A stretch of 43,376 nucleotides of DNA from a virus. Taxonomy: Duplodnaviria > Caudoviricetes. Under the pieces are notes generated by a model. It was not told where the DNA came from. It searched no databases and saw nothing but the letters and a program-made list of their open reading frames with translations. This document shows, one piece after another, positions 7,883-17,400 of this stretch (position 1 is the first letter of the stretch; every line of letters starts with the position of its first letter). Location: the IMG/VR virus record IMGVR_UViG_3300027813_000025, positions 1 through 43,376 of that record, one strand, 5' to 3'. Position numbers and translations under genes: made by a program.

Positions 7883-10800
7883 CTAAGTAAGCGTCAAAAC
7901 ACGCATCTCTCGGATTGCTGGTAAATAGCATCTATGAGTTGTATGTAATTCAATTTTAATTCTAAAGTGGTCAAACTCATCAGGTACTTTCTTCAACGGA
8001 GTGAACGTATGTTCAATAAATTCCATATCTGTAAGAATAGAAGAGTTTGTCAATGTAACGCCACTATCTTTCATTTCTCTCCAGGAGATTGGCGCTTCTT
8101 CAACAACTGCGAGTCCAATTGGGTAGTCAGGATGTTCTGTTGGTACAATAGAATCAATCTCCAATACAGCCACTTCAATTTTTGAATATGTAGTATCTGC
8201 ATTAAGTATCTTTCTGTAGAACTTTCTGTCTAAATCATCATCCCAAGTGCCGAACCAAATATCATCTACTTCATATAGAGTTAAGTCAGTTCCTGCTCCT
8301 GCTCCGACAGTAGTTACATCTGCTCCGACCCCGGCTAAATCGTGGGTCGAGATAAAGCAAGTTCTAATAATAGCCTTCATATTAGAAAGGTCAACTAAGT
8401 GCATCTTAGTTAAGTTGGCTGGGTCATCATCGCCATCAACATATGCAGTAGATACTTGCCCGGATGCACCACCTGTAACGATTGTTCCGTTCCAAGCGGC
8501 TATTCCTGATTGCTGGGCAGTAATTGTATTTTCAGGACTATTACTTCCTGATGGATAAATATAGGCATATTGCTCCTCAAAATCATTAACATTATAATCA
8601 CCGTGAGTAATAATGTTTGTATATGGAACAACTGTGATATAACGTGGTACAACTGTGCCAGTATCATAGTAAACTTTTACGTATGTATTAGGAACTTCTT
8701 GTACACTAAGGAACATTTGTAAGTCACTAGCGAAATTCGCCAACTTAACATCCTTAGTTTGATATATTCCCATCTGATTCTTAACAGTAGGAGCAGTATC
8801 CCAAATAACATTGTTAACAAGAACTGTTGACAATCTTTCTTTGTTTATAACAGGAGATAGGTTAGCATTCGTTGAGGCAAAAGAAGCAGTATATGACAAT
8901 GGAGTATACTGATAACCACCAGCGATTGTTTGTGAGCCGTCAAGTGATACGACATTTTCTAAAATAACGTCTTCGTTGTCGAGAACTCCGCCAATAATAT
9001 TATTTGTGTCTCCATTTAGAATGGCTTCAAACTCTAAAGTTGTTCCTGAGAGAACTAGTGGCTGGAAGTTAGGCATAAATGATGCCGCTTCTTTGATTCC
9101 AGAGTACGGCTTCATATTAATCTGAAGATTTCCTGTAGTTTCAAAAGCACACTTATTCATTTGGAATTTAATATCTTTTAACTGTTCCGCGGTCCAAGTT
9201 GTGTTGTTCTGAGAAGTAAATAAACTTCCAAGATATGGTTGCTCACCGATATATGTACCAGTTGCTAAATCATTTTCTCCTAATTCAGAAATAAACATAT
9301 TGTATTTCAATGAATCGGATATCACAACAAAACAATATTCTGTTTGGTTCATTAAGTAAATAGGGTCAGCGAAAGTAAATCGTGTACTTACCGAACCATT
9401 TGAAGAAGTCGAAACTTCATTAGGATATAACATTCTGGATGCCATTGGTATTTCTGTAGTAGTTGGATAACCATTCAACATTGTTCTAATTTCTACACGA
9501 ACTGGAGTTGATTCATCATCCTTTGACCAGAAATACAAGTCAATTGAATCTACAAACACACCACCATCTTCATTCGCTACAAGGAACGATTCTGCGACTG
9601 GGTCATACCACTCGGTAACACTTCTGCTTGTTCTGACATTACTAGTATTTCGTGAACGTGCAACAGTTCGTTGTCCACCAAGGATTGATTGAGTATCTGA
9701 AATTGCTTGTGTTACGGTAAAGTTTTCAAGCGTTGATAATATATCTCTTTGGCGTCTATCAAGCGTTCCAGCAGAGGTAAAGATACCAACTGCTTGTGTA
9801 GTCATCAGAGTAGGGTCTTCATAATGGTCTTTCATTGTGAGTAACTTCATACCCGTTCTGATTCTAACCCCATCTGGTCCCTCTGAAGGGATTTGTAATA
9901 CGGTGTTTCTTAGTTGTCCTATACTAGAAGTCATTACTGGGTCACCCATAGCACCACCTTCTGGTGTGATATAAGCATCCACATTAATTTCATCAAATTC
10001 AAAGTGCATTACAGTATTTGGTCGAAGTTTGTCTACATCGATAGTTACAGGAACAGACCTCATCCAAGGAATAGCAGAACTGTCTACAAATCTATCGCCG
10101 ACTTGTGTACGAATATCATTAATTTCCATCCAAGAGCGTTCACCACTTCTTACTTGGTTATTAGTTTGTTGCTGATTTTGACTCCAAGATTCCGTACTAG
10201 TGATATTTCTCCAAGCAGTACGCTGGCGACTGATACCAAATCTATTGTTGACTGAGCCAGTCGTGAATGCTCTTTGTCCACCGGCACCACCAAACGTAGT
10301 TTCTGTGCCCGATGTTACATTATTTCTTCCACCAATATCAGCCCATCCAGACCACGTAGTCTGCCAAGCGTTCCATCGTGTTTGTGTTCCGAAATTTTCG
10401 ACTTGTTGTAATACGGCATTGTTATTTTCATTTTGTAAGATAACATCTGGCATATATAATTCTTCAAACCAAGTATCAGATTGAGGAGTAAGCACACAGA
10501 ATCCAACCCAAGATTTTCTTGCGAATGGATTCAAGTTAATAACTTGAGAGCCCCAAGGCTGCCCAATCCACGCTTCAACAACATCGTAATCAAGTGTGTA
10601 TGTTATTCTGTTTGATTTAATATTTGTATTGACGCCACCTTCCATATCCATACCATACATTTCATATGGTACAGTACATATACGTGCTTCTGGGAAAATA
10701 GAACAGTAATATGCTTCATCGATAACATCCCCAATACCGTGGTCTACGAATGGGTCAACTAAGATTCCATTTTTATATCTTTGTAGCCCTTCCGTATCAA

Positions 10801-13279
10801 GTACCTGCATATCGGCGGTAGTTTTTTCAAGAAGATTAAGTGCAGTATAGTATTCTAAATTTTCAAGTCTATTTTCTATACCACGAATATCTTTCATTGT
10901 AAATCGTTTATTCTTTACGTGAGATACGTTAATATTTTTGTGGTCATATGTATAAGGCGGAATGAACAGATTATACAAAGTCATCTCATTCAATTCTTCA
11001 GTTGGAAGAACTGGTTCAGTAGATGGGAATCCCTGCTTAATCTTTATTAGGCCATCATCATTGATTGTTAATCTATCTCTTCTACCAAGATAGAAATCAT
11101 AAGACGCGGATATATTTGAAGTAGGCAGTGGCAAATATGTTCCAACTGCGTAATCGTCATCCGAGGCTCTAAAGTCTACTATATCTGCAATACTGTGGTT
11201 TACAGCCTTGCTATCTCTATAATTATACACATTATCATATATAACACCAGAATCGGTATAAGAGTTGATACACCTATACTGAGCAGTTGTAATATTACCA
11301 AGAGTAAATGATTTGTATGTTACAGTATATGTACCTGGTTGACTAGGATTAAGTGCATCGTTCCATACGAGTTTAGCATCAGTCAGCGTAGTATCAGTGT
11401 CTCCAGAATGGAATGTAAAGGAAGAAGTAACATCCGATGTGTCAGGTGCGATAATAGATACAATTTCATCTACCGCGTGGGTAAGAATTAATGTATCTGT
11501 AGTAGCATCTAATACAGAGTCGCCAGAGTTTGTGGCGTATGATATTGCTCTCCAGTTAGCATTAGACATATACATATCTGCCATAATGGAGATGTTGTGT
11601 CCTGAGCGAGCCGTAGAAGCGTTGCCTGTTGCTTGGTCGATGATTGTTATAAGTGCAGTTGTATTTCCTGATAAGTCTGCTTGCCAGGTGTCTCCTGAAG
11701 CAACTGTACCATTCTGAGGTATGACTTCGTTAGAAAATTCATCCCAAATATAAAGAATACGTTGCCAGTGCATATCGTTGAACACTGCGGGTACTGAAGC
11801 AACTGCTCCAGAAAGTATTGATGTTAAATTCTTTTGTGTTGAATATGTTACTTGTCCAAGAGTTAATGCAGAAGTGAGTCCGTGGACTTCATAAAGCCAA
11901 GGATAATTAACCCCTTTCTTAACTGCGACACCTGTAGGACGAGAAAGTTTAGCATATACATCAGCATTAGTTTCTGATACGATATATTGACAAGGTGCAA
12001 TTGCGTCAAGACCGTCAGCATTTTCTATATAAATTCTGTATGCTGTGCCAACTTTAGTTAGGTGAGTAATACGTTTTCTTGTTCCGATAGTTCCTGGATT
12101 GGCAGTCGCTGAAGTATATCCTGTGTCTGTGACAAATATAACATATTCTTTATTAACCACATTGAATACGCCATTGATATCATCAACCGAAGCAATTTCA
12201 AAGTATGGTCCGAATTCAGGAACGATATGGTCATTCGCCACGTGGCGAGTAGTTCTTGCTCTATCGGCTTCAACGTGAATTGGAGAAAGCAGTTCGTGTT
12301 CATATCCGTTAATATACGCTTTTGATGGTTCTACTTTAACTTTAAATTTATCTGCCGTTGAACCCGCTTTAAATTCGATTGGGAATGGGTTTAACGTGTA
12401 GTTACCACTTTCGTCAAATGTTCTTTGTGCCATCTCATTACTGAGAAGCGAATAATCTGTTGATTCATATTTTGTGGTGATGACTCCTGCTGTAACATCC
12501 ATCAACCACATAAACTTGTTGGCTTCAGCCGAATCAACTTCTTTAATTAGTTTGAGTGAAATTTGATATCTGTCGCCACCAGGTGCGTTCTGGTTATAGA
12601 AACCAGATGCAGGGTCGAGAAGTCTTGGGTCTGTAGTAGATGCAACAATGATTTCTTCAATATCGAATCCAACTTTAAGCGTGGGTGACGCGGTAAGTGG
12701 GTCGATGAAAATAGTTTGTGCTAGTACAGGAGTAAAGAATCCATTTAGCCAATAAACTCCATCATCGACTCTGGCTTCTAGTGCCCTACCTGTTGCTACA
12801 ATTACGCCTGCCTTATAGATTACCGTTGCATCATACCAAGAGTTGTCAGCACACTCTCCGTTCGCATCGAATCCGCCATCACAAACAGTATCATATGTTA
12901 ACAGATTTTCAGATTGAGCAAAAGTTCCAGAAAGAACTCTGTAGTAATATATTGGTTGTGTTTCGTCATCGTGAAGTTGTTCAATAACTGCTACGGCATT
13001 CGATGTTTCGCCATATACAATACGATTTAGCCAAGTAGTATCTACTGTCGCTAATTGAATCCATTCTCGTTTAGCAATACTAACTTCACCACCAACTACC
13101 GGGGACCCATTTTTCCAAATATGATTGGCAGAAGATGCCATTTGGTTTTGAAGAATGGATTGAATTTGGGTCAATTCCCGAGCCTGCACTGCACGCCCTG
13201 GATTGAACAAAATCTTTAAAAATTTATCATCCGGATTATAATCATCATAATATGGAGATGTGTTGAAGTTATATGCCAT
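7883..13279 (-). CDS. VrlC-like / DUF4815 baseplate-associated virion structural protein, 1798 aa
   Basis: N-terminus FNTSPYYDDY...ILFNPGRAVQARELTQIQSILQNQ; internal motifs APGGDRY, RTFDESGNY, RIENLEYY-like RLENLEYYTALNLLE, DPVAESF and GSLFTSQN. Position follows gp8. Confidence 0.85.
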   Translation of the reverse strand: MAYNFNTSPYYDDYNPDDKFLKILFNPGRAVQARELTQIQSILQNQMASSANHIWKNGSPVVGGEVSIAKREWIQLATVDTTWLNRIVYGETSNAVAVIEQLHDDETQPIYYYRVLSGTFAQSENLLTYDTVCDGGFDANGECADNSWYDATVIYKAGVIVATGRALEARVDDGVYWLNGFFTPVLAQTIFIDPLTASPTLKVGFDIEEIIVASTTDPRLLDPASGFYNQNAPGGDRYQISLKLIKEVDSAEANKFMWLMDVTAGVITTKYESTDYSLLSNEMAQRTFDESGNYTLNPFPIEFKAGSTADKFKVKVEPSKAYINGYEHELLSPIHVEADRARTTRHVANDHIVPEFGPYFEIASVDDINGVFNVVNKEYVIFVTDTGYTSATANPGTIGTRKRITHLTKVGTAYRIYIENADGLDAIAPCQYIVSETNADVYAKLSRPTGVAVKKGVNYPWLYEVHGLTSALTLGQVTYSTQKNLTSILSGAVASVPAVFNDMHWQRILYIWDEFSNEVIPQNGTVASGDTWQADLSGNTTALITIIDQATGNASTARSGHNISIMADMYMSNANWRAISYATNSGDSVLDATTDTLILTHAVDEIVSIIAPDTSDVTSSFTFHSGDTDTTLTDAKLVWNDALNPSQPGTYTVTYKSFTLGNITTAQYRCINSYTDSGVIYDNVYNYRDSKAVNHSIADIVDFRASDDDYAVGTYLPLPTSNISASYDFYLGRRDRLTINDDGLIKIKQGFPSTEPVLPTEELNEMTLYNLFIPPYTYDHKNINVSHVKNKRFTMKDIRGIENRLENLEYYTALNLLEKTTADMQVLDTEGLQRYKNGILVDPFVDHGIGDVIDEAYYCSIFPEARICTVPYEMYGMDMEGGVNTNIKSNRITYTLDYDVVEAWIGQPWGSQVINLNPFARKSWVGFCVLTPQSDTWFEELYMPDVILQNENNNAVLQQVENFGTQTRWNAWQTTWSGWADIGGRNNVTSGTETTFGGAGGQRAFTTGSVNNRFGISRQRTAWRNITSTESWSQNQQQTNNQVRSGERSWMEINDIRTQVGDRFVDSSAIPWMRSVPVTIDVDKLRPNTVMHFEFDEINVDAYITPEGGAMGDPVMTSSIGQLRNTVLQIPSEGPDGVRIRTGMKLLTMKDHYEDPTLMTTQAVGIFTSAGTLDRRQRDILSTLENFTVTQAISDTQSILGGQRTVARSRNTSNVRTSRSVTEWYDPVAESFLVANEDGGVFVDSIDLYFWSKDDESTPVRVEIRTMLNGYPTTTEIPMASRMLYPNEVSTSSNGSVSTRFTFADPIYLMNQTEYCFVVISDSLKYNMFISELGENDLATGTYIGEQPYLGSLFTSQNNTTWTAEQLKDIKFQMNKCAFETTGNLQINMKPYSGIKEAASFMPNFQPLVLSGTTLEFEAILNGDTNNIIGGVLDNEDVILENVVSLDGSQTIAGGYQYTPLSYTASFASTNANLSPVINKERLSTVLVNNVIWDTAPTVKNQMGIYQTKDVKLANFASDLQMFLSVQEVPNTYVKVYYDTGTVVPRYITVVPYTNIITHGDYNVNDFEEQYAYIYPSGSNSPENTITAQQSGIAAWNGTIVTGGASGQVSTAYVDGDDDPANLTKMHLVDLSNMKAIIRTCFISTHDLAGVGADVTTVGAGAGTDLTLYEVDDIWFGTWDDDLDRKFYRKILNADTTYSKIEVAVLEIDSIVPTEHPDYPIGLAVVEEAPISWREMKDSGVTLTNSSILTDMEFIEHTFTPLKKVPDEFDHFRIKIELHTTHRCYLPAIREMRVLTLT

Positions 13280-13314
13280 TCGCTATTATCCTAAAATATA
13301 TTTTATCATCTTTA

Positions 13315-13341
13315 ATGTCTCTCCAATAGTTGGAGAGACAT
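13315..13341. other. Perfect intergenic inverted repeat (12-bp arms, 3-nt loop) between gp8 and the VrlC-like gene
   Basis: atgtctctccaa-tag-ttggagagacat, with no U-tract on either strand. Confidence 0.7.
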
Positions 13342-13363
13342 ATATAACATCCTAAACTGTTTC

Positions 13364-14374
13364 TTAGAATTCAACTACGAGTTTCAAATCCTCTATCTGG
13401 TCAGAAGCACGAGTAATCGCTCGGCGATTCTCTAAGTAAATCAACTGTCCACTATCCGTTTGCAAACTAACATCCGCATCTGCATATACAGAGGCTTGGG
13501 CTTTAGTTCCGCCACCGGCAAGTTCTGGATTACGTAGCAATCCAATCTGTCTAAAGTCATCGTTTTCTGGGAAACCGTCTGAGGTTTCAAGTCTAACGTG
13601 AATCAAACCGTGGTGAGTTTTTGCTGTAAAGATTGAATCACTATCGCCAAAATCTGCTTGTTCAGAACCGGCTAATACGCCTGTACCTGATATAACTGGC
13701 ATCCAATCGTTTGTAGTTGAGTTAATAATGTCGTTCAATTCTAGTTTATATAAGAATGTCCAAACATAATTATCAGATGTACTAATTGATTGTGCTACAA
13801 GTCCTGCCGCATCTCCTGTATAGCCTGTTGGCTCTTCAGAGGCGCCAGTTGGCAGCCACAATCCACCGAGAGTATTTTCACAGACTGTACGTGATGCCGC
13901 TGTTCCGCCATCAAATACTCCTGCAATATAACATTTACCACCTGATGGTTCGCCTGTACACATATAAACTCTGTATTCTGAGTTCATTACTACTGAGTGA
14001 CTTCCTATTTTAGATACGAAAGAACGGCCAGGCTCATCAATTCCTGTGATACCGTTTGCGGCATCTCCGTCAAATGCGATAGTATCACCTGTTTCCCAAT
14101 TTAATCGGGGTAACACTGGTGAAATATCATCATTCTGAATTCGTTTGGTACCAACAATGTCGGTCCAATACTGTGATTCATCTTCATCTAGTGGGTCAGG
14201 TAGTGTAAAGTTACCTGAACTTTCGTCATTTCCTTGAGCATCGTCTGGCCAAGCGTCATTTCGCCCAAACCCGAGATACAGGAAGTTGTCGTCAACAGAA
14301 CCAGTAGTTTTGAACTGGTCGATGAAAACCATCAAGTTCTGTGTTCTGAATTTACTGGTTACAATTGCACCCAT
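13364..14374 (-). CDS. gp8: Baseplate wedge subunit gp8
   Basis: MGAIVTSKFR start, DNYVWTFLY, FRQIGLLRNP, and C-terminal SGQLIYLENRRAITRASDQIEDLKLVVEF, all typical of gp8. Confidence 0.92.
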   Translation of the reverse strand: MGAIVTSKFRTQNLMVFIDQFKTTGSVDDNFLYLGFGRNDAWPDDAQGNDESSGNFTLPDPLDEDESQYWTDIVGTKRIQNDDISPVLPRLNWETGDTIAFDGDAANGITGIDEPGRSFVSKIGSHSVVMNSEYRVYMCTGEPSGGKCYIAGVFDGGTAASRTVCENTLGGLWLPTGASEEPTGYTGDAAGLVAQSISTSDNYVWTFLYKLELNDIINSTTNDWMPVISGTGVLAGSEQADFGDSDSIFTAKTHHGLIHVRLETSDGFPENDDFRQIGLLRNPELAGGGTKAQASVYADADVSLQTDSGQLIYLENRRAITRASDQIEDLKLVVEF

Positions 14375-14420
14375 TTTGCTAACTCCTTAAATTATAATGT
14401 TCTGCTGTCTTAATCAGAAC

Positions 14421-14428
14421 TATTTATA
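14421..14428 (-). promoter_or_regulatory. T4-type late (gp55) promoter TATAAATA upstream of gp8
   Basis: tatttata on the plus strand in the intergenic gap. The context ATATAAATAGTTC is identical to the minus-strand late promoter at 30497-30509. Confidence 0.8.
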
Positions 14429-14455
14429 TGTTTTTTTAATTAAAATATTCACAAC

Positions 14456-17400
14456 TTATGCCGGTACTGGCCATACGTTGCTATCGTTTACAGTTACTCC
14501 GTGAACGTGGTCTCCCGCTCCTGAACCTGCTGTGTTTTGTGACCACTGGCCACCAATTGGAACACTTCCTAGATATGATATTGTATCGTGATTATCAAAC
14601 GGACTAGTCTGTGATATCAAGTCAAATGTGCTCCCGGTCCACGCAATTACGATTTCGTGTGTATATGACGTCCTGTGCGTGTCATCTCTTTGTGGTGTTG
14701 TTATGTATGTTCCACCAATAAGAGAAACATAATCTGCTTGTGATATCCAATAATCGTGACTATGGAAACCACCAGATAATGTAAATTTATGTACATATGT
14801 TGATGTGCCTGGTACAATATCCCATTGAGAAATACCAGAACAATTAAATGTTCCTTTTAAACCTTGGTTAGGATTGAATTTTATCGAATACCCGTGATAG
14901 TGGGATTGTGCCCCGTTAGGAGAATCAAAGAATATAATACCGTAGTTCGCATTCTGTTGATTAATTAATTCATTAGCCTGTAACAAAGTTATCGGTTCAC
15001 AAGTTCTTCCTGCATTGACACCCGCAGAATCCAAAGAGCATCCCTCATAAAGCAGGTGGTCGTGACTTCCGATACCAGCCATAAATGAAGGTTGCATTTG
15101 AACAATAGGTGGATTATTAGCCTGTAGAACCGTATTCAAATACGTCTTTCTTTCCGTTAAATCTTCCACTTCATTAGAAGAGGCACTTGTTGTAATAGCC
15201 GAAGTATATACTGGGTCACCAACCGTAGTTAAATCTTCAAAATCAGAGTAATACACAACATCAGTAGTTGTTGTTGTAATTTGAGTCGTAGACGTAGTTG
15301 TTGTCGTAATCAAATCACTATATGTAACCACTATTGTTGTGTCACCAGTCGCTGGTTGGTCATTATACGTTGTAGTGACTGGTAGTAATTCTGTTGATTG
15401 TTGCGTAATAACAATACTTGGTGATGCCGAAAGAACTTCATCAGTTGATGTTGTCTTTGTAGTATATATACTACCGCCAGTTTGTTGTGGGACCAACTGT
15501 AAATTTGGATTCCAGTCAATTGTCAAGTTGTGCCAGTGAAGTCCTTCAGCGGCCATCTCAACCTGTGATACGTAATATTTAGCAGGGTCTTGAAGTGCAT
15601 CTTCAATTCCACCTTTAATCCAAGTAGTCGACCAAAACGCATAGAATATATTATCTACAGTATTCCATTTGATTGTGTACTCGTGAAAGTGAGCACCCTC
15701 AATTGAATCGTATATAGTAACAAAATCAACTGTTCCGTCAATCAGTTGCATTGCTTGTGCAATCGTCATTCCGTGGGCGTAAGAAATTTGTCCAGTTAAA
15801 ACCCCTTCAGCAAAGGGACCAACTACAGTCGAATTATGAAAGTGAGGATGCGAACCACCAGGATATGGATATCCAGGAGAAGCAAACGTAGGTAGAATTT
15901 CCATTATCTGATTATACCCTGGTCGTGAGAACAGGTTCGAGACATTTGTTGGATGAGCGTGAGAACGTGGGTCGGCAGAATAGAATTGATGACCGTCACT
16001 TGATTCCCATTTTTCAGTATCTAATGCAACAAAACTTAAAGTGTTTGCATCGTATGTAATTGTAACTCCGTGATAATGGTCTCCGTTAGCGATAGATGAA
16101 AATACTTTAATTTCAGCAACTTCGCCATTTATCAAATCTGTTGCTTGATTATTATCTAATGCAACTGATTGTCTTCCCGTGTGTGAGCCGAGAGTGTCTA
16201 GGTTAGTACCATTAAAAGCGTGAACGTGGTCTAATTGTGAACCTTCTAGATTATCCCAATCGTGTGCATTTGATAATGTAATATCAGGTGCAGTATACAA
16301 TGGTGTACCGTTCCATCCTAGATGGGTCGTTATACCATTAACTAAAAGCGTATGTTCGTGTGTTCGTAGGTGTGTCTCTACGGCACTGAATTGTCCTGTT
16401 CCATTAAGGTCCCACATTTCAGCCATTTCGTCTGCAACAAATTGTTGCGTAGAAAGATTCCACATAATTTTATATACGTGATAATGTTGATGCTGACCAG
16501 AATCTTCAATAGAAGAATATACTTCAACAGAAGTTACCCCGCCATTTGCTAGAGAGTCCGCCTGAACTCTCGTAATTGGTACTGCAATACGGTCTGAGTT
16601 AGGACCAAACGAGTCTAGTGATTCACTATTGAAATAGTGAATGTGAGCGTTTTCGCCATATTCATTCGCTCCCAATATTTCAACAATTGGAGCATATTCA
16701 ATATAAAAAGATGAGCCATCGTTGTCATCAGTTATTGCTTGCCAAGGAGTGTCGGCGCCAGTATCATATGGTTCCCAAACTAGAGATGTAGGATTCAAGT
16801 GCCAGCCAGCAGAGGAACCAAGAAGTATATCTTCGTCTATAAGCCCTGACCAAGAAGTAATAACTGGATGAATGTGAGACTGTGGTAGATTCCAATGCCA
16901 TATTGGGAAGAAAGCATCCCAGACAGTCATTTCAATATCTGATATCTCTAGTGCAGAAAATAATTCGGTGTCAACATTATATACTATTTTATATCCGTGG
17001 ACGTGAGCCATTTCAGAAGCAGGTATTTGTGCCGCGGCACCAGTTGCTGTAGATGAATCAAATGTTTCTGTTAGTTTGTGTATATCACAATTATTAATTC
17101 CACTACCTTGGTAACTATCAATTCCTACTCTGGTAGATATATAAAGTTCTCCAGAACTGTCTTGCCCCATCGTCATTACTGATTCATTATGGGTTGTTAG
17201 AGTAACCACTTCTGTTACTGGGTCCCAGAAAGAAAGGCTCTTTCTAGTGTACCCTACATTACCATTGTATTCAATAAATGTAAATACATCGTGGTTCTCT
17301 TGGTTTGTTTGTGCTATTAGATTCCAAGTATTGAAAGTCGCATTCCATATAATTGAGAATGTGTGAGTATAAAGGTGTGCGTGAGTTACATCACTCTGAA

